A stretch of DNA of 64,000 bases from Candidatus Stammera capleta (GCA_036689535.1 CP144850.1:203956-267955); one strand, 5' to 3'; numbered from the stretch's first letter, positions 45,073 to 57,326 are shown. A program made the numbers and translations. The notes: generated by a model not told the origin, from the letters alone.

Positions 45073-46704
45073 CTAAAGAAAATGTTTCACACAAGAAATA
45101 TCTAATTTATTATAAAGTTTTTGATATGTCAAAATCTTATGATTTAATAAAGGATATTTTAAACTATGTCAAGTTAATTCTATATTTAAAAAAATTTCTA
45201 TTCTTTTACATAAATCAGGAACTATAGGAAATAAATAAATCGATATTATTCTAAATATATTAATTATAGTAGTACAAAAACGATGTAATTGTTTTTTTTT
45301 ACTATCATTATGAAATAATAATCAAGGCTTATATTCATTAATATAAATATTTACACTATCTAACAAATTATTAATGATATTTAATACTTTCTTATAATTA
45401 AAAGAATTAAAATAATAACTAATTATACCTGATTGATTAACTATCATATCATAAAAACTACAATTATATAATTTATCAGCTAAATAATTGTCAAATTTCA
45501 CAATAAAAAACTTAGATATTCTAGAAGCTATATTTACAAATTTATTAACAATACCTGTATTTATTTTAGTAATAAAATCATAAATATTAAAATTAATATC
45601 TTTCACAGACATAGATAATTTACTAGCTAAATAATATCTTAAACTATCTGAATCAAAATATTTTAATCATTTTTTAATAGTAATAACATTATTAGTAGAT
45701 TTTGAAATTTTTGAATAATTAATTAACAAATGACCATGAACAAATAATTTACTGGGTTTATTATAATGTAAAATATTTAAAATTATTGGTAACAAAATTC
45801 CATGATGATATAAAATATCTTTACCAAAAATATAATAAATCTTATAATCATCAGATTTTTGTTCTCAAAACAAATTAAATAAATGAATATTATTATTCTT
45901 ACAATAATATTGAAAATTACTAATATAACCTAATAAAGCATCTAATCAAACATATATAAATTTATTAATAATCAAAAAATTTGGAGTTTGAAAACCAAAA
46001 TAAGGAATATCTCTAGTTATATTTCAATCACATAATTGCGTTTTTAATCAAATATTCAATTGTTTGAATATTATTTTTTGTAAATGACATACAGATAATC
46101 ACTTAATTAAACAATTTTTAAAAGATGATATCTTCATAAAAACTTGTTTAGTTAACTTGAGTATAGGTATACTATTACTTAATATTGATATAGGATGTAA
46201 TAAACCATATTCTTTATATGTATTACCACAATTATTACATATATCACTATATTGATTAAAAGATTTACATTGACTACATTGTCCTTTAATCAACCTATCT
46301 GATAAAAACATTTTTAATTTAACATCATAAAACTGATAAATATTTTTAATATATATTAATTTGTCCCTAATCAAAATATTTAAAAATTTTAATAATAATA
46401 AGTAATTCTCATTACTATGTGTAGTATGATAATTATCATGAATAATATTTATTAATTTAAAATCTCTTAAATGACTTCTATAATACCTATTAATCATACA
46501 TTGTGGTTGAATATTTAACTCACGAGATTTTAATAAAATAGCTGTACCATGTGTATCATCAGAACAATTAAAATAAATTTTATTTATTCCTAACAATCTC
46601 TGATGTTTTACTCAAATATCTGCATATACATGCTCCATAATATGACCAATATGTAAAGATCCATTAGCATATGGAAACGCACAATAAATTAAAATATTTT
46701 TCAT
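45073..46704 (-). CDS. metG: Methionyl-tRNA synthetase, core only (543 aa)
   Basis: [32 protein letters not shown], Zn knuckle CSQCKS..CNNCG, KMSKS-region equivalent. TAG stop at 45073. The C-terminal tRNA-binding/dimerisation domain of E. coli MetRS (677 aa) is absent. Confidence 0.92.
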
Positions 46705-46782
46705 AATATACTTCGACTAACAACTAATATTTATACAATTTTAAATTATAAATATTATTATTATAAATATTTTTATTTATAC

Positions 46783-46856
46783 TCGGTGAGAGAGGATTTG
46801 AACCTCCGACCTACTAGTCCCAAACCAGTTGCGCTACCAACCTGCGCTACTCACCG
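46783..46856 (-). tRNA. tRNA-Pro(UGG)
   Basis: CGGTGAGTAGCGCAG.., anticodon loop TTTGGGA, T-loop GGTTCAAATCC. Confidence 0.9.
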
Positions 46857-46875
46857 TTATATTATTTAATATAAA

Positions 46876-46949
46876 GGTGGTTAATGGGACTCGAACCCAT
46901 GACAACCGGAACCACAATCCAGCACTCTACCTACTGAGCTATAACCACC
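46876..46949 (-). tRNA. tRNA-His(GUG) with encoded G-1
   Basis: GGTGGTTATAGCTCAGTAGGTAGAG..ATTGTGG.. is very similar to E. coli hisR. The extra 5' G pairs with C73. Confidence 0.92.
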
Positions 46950-47164
46950 ATATTTAAAAAATATTATTTATACTAATAACATATTTTAATAACAATATTT
47001 ATTTATCTATAATTATATATATTATATAGTAACATAAAATAAAAATAAATATAAAAAATAATCATATGAAAAAATTCATCAATTCAATATATTTTTTAAG
47101 AACTATTAATCCTAATTAATAATATTTAATATTATAAATAATAAAAAATTATACAATTAAATAA

Positions 47165-48427
47165 TTAAGATCTCTTCATCATTTCAAAAAAACTATCATT
47201 AGTTTTAGTCATAGATAATTTTTTTATTAAAAATTCCATAGCATCAATTTCATTCATAGGATTAATAATTCGTCGTAAAATTCACATTTTATGTAATTCT
47301 TCTACAGTAGTTAATAACTCTTCTTTACGAGTACCAGACTTATTATAATCAATAGCAGGAAAGATACGTTTTTCTGCTATTTTTCTAGACAGATGTAATT
47401 CCATATTACCAGTACCTTTAAATTCTTCATATATTACTTCATCCATTTTAGAACCAGTATCTACTAAAGCAGTAGCTATAATAGTTAAACTACCACCTTC
47501 TTCTATATTTCTTGCTGTACCAAAAAATCTTTTAGGTCTATGTAAAGCATTAGCATCTATACCTCCAGTTAATACTTTACCTGATGCTGGTACTACTGTA
47601 TTATATGCTCGAGCTAATCTCGTAATAGAATCTAATAAAATTATTACATCTTTTCTATGTTCTACTAATCTTTTAGCTTTCTCTATCACCATTTCTGCTA
47701 CTTGTACATGTCTTAAAGGTGGTTCATCAAAAGTAGAAAAAATTACTTCTCCTTTAACTGTACGATACATATCAGTAACCTCTTCAGGTCTTTCATCAAT
47801 CAATAAAATAATTAATACACAATCAGAATGATTATGACTAATACTTTTTGCAATACTTTGTAATAAAACAGTTTTACCTGCTTTAGGAGGAGCTACTATT
47901 AAACCTCTCTGTCCTTTACCAATAGGAGCAGCTAAATCCAATATTCTTGTAGTTAAATCCTCTATAGTACCATTACCTTTTTCCATATACAATCTACTGT
48001 TAGCATGTAAAGGAGTTAAATTTTCAAATAAAATTTTATTTTTATTATGACTAGTAGGTTTATCATAATTAATAGTATCTACTTTTAATAAAGCGAAATA
48101 TCTTTCTAAATCTTTAGGAGGTCTTATTTTACCAGTAATTGTATCTCCTGTACGTAACTTAAACCTTCTTATTTGACTAGGTGATACATATATATCATCA
48201 GGGCCAGCTAAATATGAACTATCAGAAGATCTTAAAAAACCAAAACCATCTTGTAATATTTCTAATACACCATAACCAAAAATATCTTCACCACCTTTAG
48301 AATGTTGTTTAAGAATAGAAAAAATAATATCCTGTTTACGCATTCTAGATAAATTTACCAAAGATATTTTTTCACCTAAAATGACTAACTCTGACACTGA
48401 CATACTTTTTAATTCAGTAAGATTCAT
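47165..48427 (-). CDS. rho: Transcription termination factor Rho
   Basis: About 85% identical by eye to E. coli Rho from MNLTELK to FFEMMKRS. One TGA at KM-W-ILR (47282-47284). Confidence 0.98.
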
Positions 48428-48572
48428 AACCATTTAATAAAATATTACTATTTACTCTCGTAAAAATTATTTAATATTAAATTTGAATGTTATTAAAATT
48501 AAATAAAATCTATAATAATTGTTATAAATATATATTTATATATATAAAAATATATATACTAGTACTTAAATA

Positions 48573-48905
48573 CTAAACAATATTATTAATTTCTAAAAAT
48601 TTTATAACATCTGATTGACTTAATAAACCTATTTTATTAGCTATTACTTTCCCTTGATTAAATAAAATAATTGTAGGGATACTTTTTATATTATATTCAT
48701 GACTAATATGTATAGCTTTATCTACATTAAGTTTAAATAAATTTAATTTAGTTTGTAATTGACTAATAGCATTTTTTAAAATCGGTAAAAAACTTACACA
48801 AGCATTACATCATTTAGCACTAAACACCACTAAAACATTTTCTTTATTCTTTAATACCATCTCTTTAAAATTAAGATCATTTATTTTTATATATTCTATA
48901 CTCAT
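48573..48905 (-). CDS. trxA: Thioredoxin with non-canonical WCNAC active site (110 aa)
   Basis: Found only with table 4. VLVVFSAK-W-CNAC..SIPTIILFNQGKV..KIG. Position upstream of rho as in E. coli trxA-rho. Confidence 0.85.
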
Positions 48906-49541
48906 TATAGACCTCTAATTTATGTTATTTTTATATATATTTAAAATAATAATCATAAAAATATTATATATAAATATATATAATTAATAAAATTTTTATT
49001 TAATATATTTATTTAATTAAATACCACAAAACATATATTTATCTAAAAAATAATAATTTTAATTAATCTAATAAAATATTATTACTCATAATAATATTTG
49101 TTTATTTATCTATATATAGATATATATTAATTGTCATATATATTACAAATATATATATGAAAATTATTAATAATAAAAATGAAATATATAATTAGTAATT
49201 ATTACATAATGTAATTTCATATATAATCAAAATTAATAAAGAAATTTATAAAAACTAAATTAAATATACTTATTATAAAATATATATATCATTAATTTTT
49301 ATAAAATATTTAAGAATAATTAAATATATATAATTAGATAATTATTAATTATAATGATTAAAAGTTTATATAAATATTAAAAACTTATCATTTAATAAAT
49401 AATATTAAATTCATATTAATTTTACATATAAAATTATATAGTTAATAACTATTGATTATTAATCAATACTATTGAATAACTTATTTTAATTATATACTTA
49501 ATAAAAAATAAAATATAAAAAATATTTTATAAAGAATTAAG

Positions 49542-50381
49542 TCAATTAATTTCATTTAACCATAAACTAGGATTTTTTGTTTCTAATATTACTGGCATAT
49601 TATCAAATATAATATTACGTACTAACCAATAAAAAATAATATTACCTAATAAACTATTTCTTAATTCATCATGTCTATCTTTCTTACTAGCAAAAGATCC
49701 TTTACTACCATTTAAATGAATACCTTTTAAATATTTAATACCTATAATTCGATTAAAATCATTAAAAACTTTTTCACAATCATAAAATGTACGTAAATCA
49801 TATCCTGCTACAAAAGCATGACATGTATCTATACATACTCCTATACGACTTTTATCTTCTACAGAATCAATAATTTGTGCTATATGTTCAAATTTATATC
49901 CTACATTAGTTCCTTGACCTGCAGTATTTTCTAATACTATAATAATTTTTTTAGTTTTTGCCAAAATATAATTAATAGAACAAGCAATTGTTAATAAACA
50001 TTTATCAAGAGATAACATATTTAAATGACTACCTGGATGTATATTTATATATCGTAATAATAAATCATCACAATAATTAATTTCTTTTATTAATAAATCT
50101 CTAGATTTAGATAAAATATATCTATTATAATGACCTAAATTAACTAAAAAACTACCATGAGGTAAAATATATTTATTAGAAATATTATATTTTCTACATT
50201 CTAAAATAAAATTATTAATTTCTGTATTAGATATATATTTATATCATTTAATATTACTACCTAAAAAAAAGGAAAAGGCTTTAGCATTAATAGAAAATGC
50301 ACGTATTACAGTTTTATCTATACCATATAAAGAACTAACATGAGCACCTATATATTTATTATTTAATTTTAAATGAGTCAT
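49542..50381 (-). CDS. nfo: Endonuclease IV
   Basis: YIGAHVS, LPHGSFLVNLGH, NIHPGSH, VLENTAGQGTNVGYKFEH, GVCIDTCHAFVAGYD, HLNGSK, DRHDEL, ILET. Confidence 0.93.
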
Positions 50382-50500
50382 AAAAACTTTTGTATAATAT
50401 TGTTATATTCATATATAATGAATATATAAATTAATTTTTTTATATAATATAAATATACAAAAAATGTATATTTTCATATATCCATATTAAATAAAACATT

Positions 50501-50791
50501 ATGCATACTATATCTTTACTAGCTTATTTAAGAAAAAAAATAGGAACTAAAAATAGTAGAAAATATCGAAAAAAAATATTAATACCTGCTATTATTTATA
50601 AACATCATAAAAAAACTTTATTAATTAATATATCTCATAATATTTTTTATCCAATTTTTAATAAAATTAATATATATAAAAAATTTTTTTTATTAATTAT
50701 CAAAAAACAAAAAATACTAACATATATTAAAAATATACAAAATCATCCATTTAAACCTAAAATTTTACATATTGATTTTATCTATCAATAA
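50501..50791 (+). CDS. rplY: Ribosomal protein L25
   Basis: IPAIIYK..IQNHPFKPKILHIDF matches E. coli FPAIIYG..VQRHPYKPKLQHIDF. Confidence 0.88.
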   Translation: MHTISLLAYLRKKIGTKNSRKYRKKILIPAIIYKHHKKTLLINISHNIFYPIFNKINIYKKFFLLIIKKQKILTYIKNIQNHPFKPKILHIDFIYQ

Positions 50792-50803
50792 CTCAGTAAT
50801 TAC

Positions 50804-50876
50804 TAGGCCGTACAGGAATTGAACCTGTGACCAATTGATTAAAAGTCAACTGCTCTACCGACTGAGCTAACGACCC
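50804..50876 (-). tRNA. tRNA-Lys(UUU)
   Basis: GGGTCGTTAGCTCAGTCGGTAGAGCAGTTGACTTTTAATCAAT.. is close to E. coli tRNA-Lys. G1-U72 wobble pair, no CCA. Confidence 0.92.
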
Positions 50877-51072
50877 ATATATATCAACATTATATATAAA
50901 AAATAATTTTTAGTCTATAATATATAAGAATATATATTCATATTCATTAATAAAATTTTATATAAAATATTCTATATTTATATAATAAAAAATATTATTT
51001 TTAATATATATATTTAATATATATAAATATTAAAATAATAATAAATATTATTATTTAATTATAATAAAAATT

Positions 51073-52404
51073 ATGAATAACAAAATTATTATAAGTTTAA
51101 TTAAACTTATAAATAAACAAAAAAAATTTTTAATTGGTTTTAGTGGAGGTATTGATTCTACAGTTTTATTACATGCATTATATACAATTAATAAACAATA
51201 TTCTCAAATTTCTATAAGGGCTATTCACATTAATCATTATTTCAATAAAAATTCTACAAAAATAGCTGTTCATTGTAAAACAATATGTAATCAATGAAAA
51301 ATACATTTAATACAAGAACATATTAATTTATCATTTGATAGTAATAAAGAATCTCTATATCGTAAAAAAAGATATGATTTATACAAAAAATATTTACTAC
51401 CAAATGAAATTATTCTCACTGCACATCATCAAAATGATCAATGTGAAACATTATTACTTTCACTTAAAAGAGGTAGTGGCTTAAAAGGATTAGCAGGAAT
51501 ACATAAATATATTTTTATTAAAGATAAACTAATTATCGTTAGACCATTTTTATATATTCCTAAATATATAATAAATATGTATGCTATAAAAAACAAATTA
51601 AAATGAATAGAAGATATTAGTAATAATAATATTAATTTTGATAGGAATTTCCTACGTTGTTCAATTTTACCTCAAATTATTAACAAATGACCATCTTTTA
51701 TAAAAACAACTACTAGATGTAGTAAAATATGTTATCAACAAAATAAATTAATTACATTACTCATTGATAATCTTATACCCACTAACTATTTTAAAAAAAA
51801 AAAAATTTCTTTAATACCAATAATTAATTTACAAAAAGAAATACAAATTTATATACTAAAAAAATGAATAAATGAATATATTTCTATCAATATTAGTTAT
51901 AAATGAATACATATATTATGAAATAATATTTTTATGAAAAAAAAAATAAACAAATATTATAAAATATGTATAAATAAATATTTTATTATTTGATATAAAA
52001 ACTATTTATATCTTACTAAAAATATACAATGATATAAAGAAACTTCTTTCATATGAGATAAAAAAAAAACAAAATTTGTTTTACCTTATCAATTAGGTTT
52101 TTTAAAATGATATAAAAGCAATAATAATTTATATAATATTAGGAAACCTTATAAACATGAAATTATTTATGTTAAATTTAACATACAACAAAAAATAACA
52201 ATTTTAAACAAAAATATACAAAGAATTAAAAATATATGACAATCATATAATATAAAACCATGAAATAGAAAACTAACTCCTATAGTATATTATAATGAAC
52301 TACCTATAGTATGCCCGAATCTTTTTATTACTAAAGAAAGCCAAATATATAATTTTAAACTTAATTATACTATTAAATGATATAAAAATAATTTAATTAA
52401 TTAA
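51073..52404 (+). CDS. tilS: tRNA-Ile lysidine synthetase
   Basis: PP-loop FLIGFSGGIDSTVLLH, TAHHQNDQCETLLLSLKRGSG, W-IEDISN, NFLR. Many in-frame TGAs. TAA stop at 52402-52404. Confidence 0.9.
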
Positions 52405-54115
52405 AAAAATTATACAAAAAATTATATATACAAGATAAAGAAATAAAATGTGTTATTTGATTTAATCTATCTCTTATTTCTATTAAATTATTAATTATAG
52501 TTTTATGACTTAATATCATTATAATAGGTATTCCTAATAATTCCAAATCAGTTAACATCTGTCCATAAAATAATTTACGATCATCTAAAATTACTTTAAT
52601 TTTATGTATTTTACAATATCTATAAAGTTTATTTACTAATAAAAATAATTTATTATAATTATACATATCAATTGGTAATATCCCTATAACTCAATTAGCT
52701 ATTGATAAAGGTCAAATAATACCTTTATTATCATGATAATGATCAACAATAGCAGCTACTACACGTGTTATTCCTATACCATAACATCCCATATATAAAT
52801 GACTTAAATGAGAAAAATGATTATGTTGTAAAAAATTCTTGATATACTTATCAGATAATTTGAAAATATGCCCTAACTCAATAGAAGAAAAAATATTTTT
52901 TTTATTTACATAATTTATAAAACATGCATCTTTTTTTTTCATACTAAATATATTTATATTATAACAAATATCAACAAACTGACAATTTTTAATATCTATA
53001 AATCAATTAACATTAATAAATAAATAATTATTTTTTCCAGATCCTATAGTAAAATATTTATAATAAAAAATATGATAATCTACAATTACTGAATAATTTT
53101 TTATCAAAGGACCTAAAAAATATTTTTTTAAACCTAAATAATGATATATTTTTATATCACTTAATATACTAATATTAATAGCTAATGGATAAATTTTATA
53201 TAATTTATATATATCTATTTTAGATTTAATTGGGAACATTACAAACACTAAAAAAATTTTTTTTACATAAGTAATTTTTACTAATTTAGTAAATACAAAC
53301 TGATAATAATCTAAAAAAACTTGTTTAGTATATACTTTATGAGATATTAAATATAATATCTTTTCAGAATAAAAATTTTTACTATATATTCTATAATTTC
53401 GTAAATTATTCTGGAATAACTCAGCATATGAATAAATTATATTATTATAGTTAATAACTAACTTATCTTCCCCATATTTTGATAAAGAATGAAATTCATG
53501 AGATTCAATACCACCCATAGAACCACAATTAGCTATATTAAAAAAAATATTTAAACCTAATTGATTAAAAATTTTTAGATATATATCAAACATTACATTA
53601 TAATATTCATGTAAACAATTTAAAGTTTTATGAAAAGAATAAGCATCTTTCATAATAAACTCTCTTGATCTAATTACCCCTGCTCTAGGTCTTAATTCAT
53701 CCCTAAATTTAGTCTGTACTTGATAAAAACTCTTAGGATACGTATCTGTACTAAAATTATCTAATATAATTTTTGTTATTAATTCTTCATGAGTAGGTGC
53801 AAGAATAAATTTTTTTTTATTTCGATCTAAAACTTGAAATAAATCTTGGCCATATTGATAATATCTATTACTTTGTAATCATAAATAATCAGGTTGTAAA
53901 ATAGGCATTAAAAGTTCTAATGCTCCTATTTTATTCATTTCATATTTAATAATTTGAATAATATTATTAATAATTTGTCAACCACTAGGTAATCAAACAT
54001 AAATACCAGTTGATATTTTACGTATTAAACCACCTCTACACATTAAATTAACAATTTTATTCTTTTTATCAAAAATATTCATAGATGTAAATAAAGAATA
54101 TTTAGTTAGTTTCAT
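52397..54115 (-). CDS. proS: Prolyl-tRNA synthetase (572 aa)
   Basis: [26 protein letters not shown] (motif 2), [14 protein letters not shown] (motif 3). All pieces in one frame. Same length as E. coli ProRS. Confidence 0.94.
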
Positions 54116-54128
54116 ATATGTATAAATA

Positions 54129-54488
54129 TTACTTATTTTTTAAAGAAAGCATATTCCCTAAAAAACATCCTCCTAATAAATGTAAATGTAAATACTCAAC
54201 AATTTGACCACCATATTTTTTACAATTAATAATAATACGATAACCATCTTTACTTAAATTTTTCTCTTTAGCTATAAGAGAAGCTACTAATAAAAGTTTA
54301 CCTAAAATATATATATGTTTATATGTAACTTTATTCATATTCTTAATATAAATATTAGGTATAATTAAAATATGGCAAGGTGCTAAAGGAACCTTATCAT
54401 AAAAAGCTGTTACATATTTATCTTGATAAATTAAATCAACTTTAATTTTTTTATTAATAATTTGACTAAAAATCGTTTTTTTATCCAT
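54129..54488 (-). CDS. hinT: HIT-family purine nucleoside phosphoramidase
   Basis: IFSQIINKKI..DKVPLAPCHILIIP.. with histidine triad HLHLHLLGG. Confidence 0.88.
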   Translation of the reverse strand: MDKKTIFSQIINKKIKVDLIYQDKYVTAFYDKVPLAPCHILIIPNIYIKNMNKVTYKHIYILGKLLLVASLIAKEKNLSKDGYRIIINCKKYGGQIVEYLHLHLLGGCFLGNMLSLKNK

Positions 54489-54693
54489 AAATATACCTAA
54501 AATATTTTTTATTGTTACTAAAAAAATTACTTATATACACAATTAACAATAAAAATTAAAAATAAATTAAATATTTTTTATATATATAAAAAATAATATT
54601 TACTAATGAATATATTATATATTATAATATAACTAATTATACACATGAATACTATTTCAAATATATAATTAATACTATGAGTTAACCTTATAA

Positions 54694-54767
54694 AGGTCTA
54701 TAGCTCAGTCGGTAAGAGCACACCCCTGATAAGGGTGAGGTCAGCGGTTCAAATCCACTTAGACCTA
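54694..54767 (+). tRNA. tRNA-Ile(GAU)
   Basis: AGGTCTATAGCTCAG..CACCCCTGATAAGGGTGAGGTC.. is close to E. coli ileT. It is not flanked by rRNA genes here. Confidence 0.92.
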
Positions 54768-54780
54768 TATATAAAAATTT

Positions 54781-54853
54781 AGGGGTATAATTTAACTGAT
54801 AAAATAGTGGTCTCCAAAACCAAAAACTGAAGGTTCGACTCCTTCTACCCCTG
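54781..54853 (+). tRNA. tRNA-Trp(CCA)
   Basis: A canonical 73-nt cloverleaf. Acceptor AGGGGTA/TACCCCT with G73. D stem ATTT/AAAT. Anticodon arm GTGGT-CTCCAAA-ACCAA, with anticodon CCA at 54814-54816. T arm GAAGG-TTCGACT-CCTTC. Collinear with E. coli trpT. Confidence 0.9.
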
Positions 54854-54893
54854 TTAAATAACACTCCTCAAAAAATATATTAACATAATTCAT

Positions 54894-55127
54894 ATGAATA
54901 ACATATTCAAAAATATTAATATTTACGTTAAAAAATATATCAGCCCTATATTACAAATACACGGAGGAAATATAAAAATTATTAAAATAGACCCTCAAAA
55001 TACCTTATGAATACAATTGACAGGTCAATGCCTATCATGTAATATGTCATGACATACCATAAAATATGAAATTAAACAAAAAATAACATCTAATTTTCCA
55101 CAAATTAAACATATAAAACATATATAA
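54894..55127 (+). CDS. nfuA: Stand-alone Nfu-type Fe-S cluster carrier domain (77 aa), equivalent to the C-terminal half of NfuA
   Basis: ISPILQIHGGNIKII..LTGQCLSCNMS-W-HTIKYEIKQKI..FPQIK matches NfuA [38 protein letters not shown]..FPEL. An in-frame TAA 13 codons upstream of the ATG precludes an N-terminal domain. Confidence 0.7.
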
Positions 55128-55129
55128 AT

Positions 55130-55678
55130 TTATTTACGTGAAATATAATGATCATTTCAAGTATTTATTTTAATTAAATCCCCTAACTTAACAAATAAAG
55201 GTACTCATATATAATATCCTGACACCAATTGTGCTAATTGTTGTTTTTTATGAATAATTTTATTACTTAATTTAATTACTTTTATATAAATATAATGATC
55301 TATAATTAATTCTATAGGTCGATTGTTTCATAATACAATCTGATATTCATAATCTTTAACTAAAAATTTATATTTATTATTAATCACTATTTTATTTAAA
55401 ATAATTAAATCTAAAGTTTTTTTATGTAAAAAATATCAGTTCAGTCCCGTATGATATAAAAATATATATTTATCTCGAATAACATTCGCTATTTGTAAAG
55501 AATTAAAATTTTTAAAATTTTTTACCACTAAACTAGTAGTTAATATATTACGTAATTTAATCCGTACAAAAGATTGTCCTTTACCTGGATTAATAAAATT
55601 AAAAGATTCTATATTATATAAATTATTTAAATAAACTATTTTCAAATTAATTTGAATATTATTCTTACTAAGCAACAT
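55130..55678 (-). CDS. efp: Elongation factor P
   Basis: FINPGKGQSFVRIKLRNILT (Lys34 loop), VL-W-NNRPI, VPLFVKLGDLIKINT. Confidence 0.9.
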
Positions 55679-55823
55679 AATATTTACAATAAAACTAAAA
55701 ATATATCCATATTTTATAATAATACTAAGTATAATATATAATTATATATATATTATCTTATCCCGAAATAAACCATTAATAGATATTAACAATATAATTA
55801 ATAAAATATTTTTTCTTAAAAAA

Positions 55824-57308
55824 ATGAAAATTATATATTTTAATAATTTAAATTATATCAATAATTCTTATATTATTTTAGGTATGTTTCAAAAAAATAT
55901 ACTGAAAAATATACAACTTCTATATATTAATAAAAGTTATTACAATATTAATGATAAAATATTAGAATATAATTTTAAAGGAAAATTAAATACTCATATA
56001 GTCATACCATACCCTAATAATATACCAAATATCTTAATTATAGGATGTGGTAATATTCATACTATTAATATCTCTACATATAAAAAAATTATAAGATATT
56101 CTTGAAACATTATAAACAATAATCAATATTCGCATATTATATATCACTTATATACATTAAATATAAAAAATATATATTTTAGTAAAAAAATACAAATTAT
56201 TATTAATATTTTTGAAAAATTAAATTATAATTTTAATATATTTAGAAGTAAACAAAATAAAACACCAAAAACAATATATATTAATTGAGCAACTAAAAAT
56301 AATACACGAATAATCTCACTTACTAAACATATAGTTAAACAAAATCTTATTATCTGTAAAGGTATTAAACATAGTAAAAATCTAAGTAATCTACCTGCTA
56401 ATATATGTAATTCCTATTACATAGCTAAACAAATACAAAAAAAAATTAATAATAAACATACATATATTAAATTTTTAAACAAACAAGATATTATTAATAA
56501 CAAAATGTATGCTTATTTAGCTGTAGGACAAGGATCACATAATAAACCTTTAATATCTATTATTCACTATCAATATAAATGTAATATACAACCTATAATT
56601 TTAATAGGTAAAGGTGTCACATTTGATTCAGGTGGAATATCTTTAAAACCAGCATTAAATATGCATCATATGAAATACGATATGGCAGGAGCTTCAGCAA
56701 TATATGGTATTATGTATATAATAACACGTTTAAAACTAAAACTTAACATTATTGGTATATTATCATGTACTGAAAATATGTTAAGTAGTAAAGCTACTAG
56801 ACCAGGTGACATAGTAACTAGTATGTCAAAAAAAACTATAGAAATTACTAATACTGATGCAGAAGGTAGATTAATTTTATGTGATACTTTAACTTATGTT
56901 AAAAAATATAATCCTAATATAGTTATTGATATAGCTACCTTAACAGGTGCCTGTTCTATTGCACTAGGTGATCAAATTAGTGGATTAATGTCTAACAATA
57001 GAAAACTTACTCAAGCTTTATTAAAAGCCAGTAAAATATCTCATGATTATATTTGAGAATTACCTATATTTAAAAAATATAAAACCTTATTAACATCTAA
57101 AATAGCTGATATTAAAAATTGCGCTTCTACATCTGTAGGAGGTACAATAGTCGCAGCATATTTTCTTTCTCTTTTTACAAAAAAATACAAATGAGCACAT
57201 TTAGATATAGCTAATACTGCTTGGAATAAAAAAGGAGCTACAGGTAGACCTATTAAATTAATTATACAATTTTTATTAAACTTTATTAAAAATAAATATC
57301 AAATATAA
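55824..57308 (+). CDS. pepA: Leucyl aminopeptidase PepA
   Basis: [59 protein letters not shown]. The frame was checked continuously from 56105 to 57308. Confidence 0.94.
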
Positions 57309-57326
57309 TTTTATCTATATCTAAAA

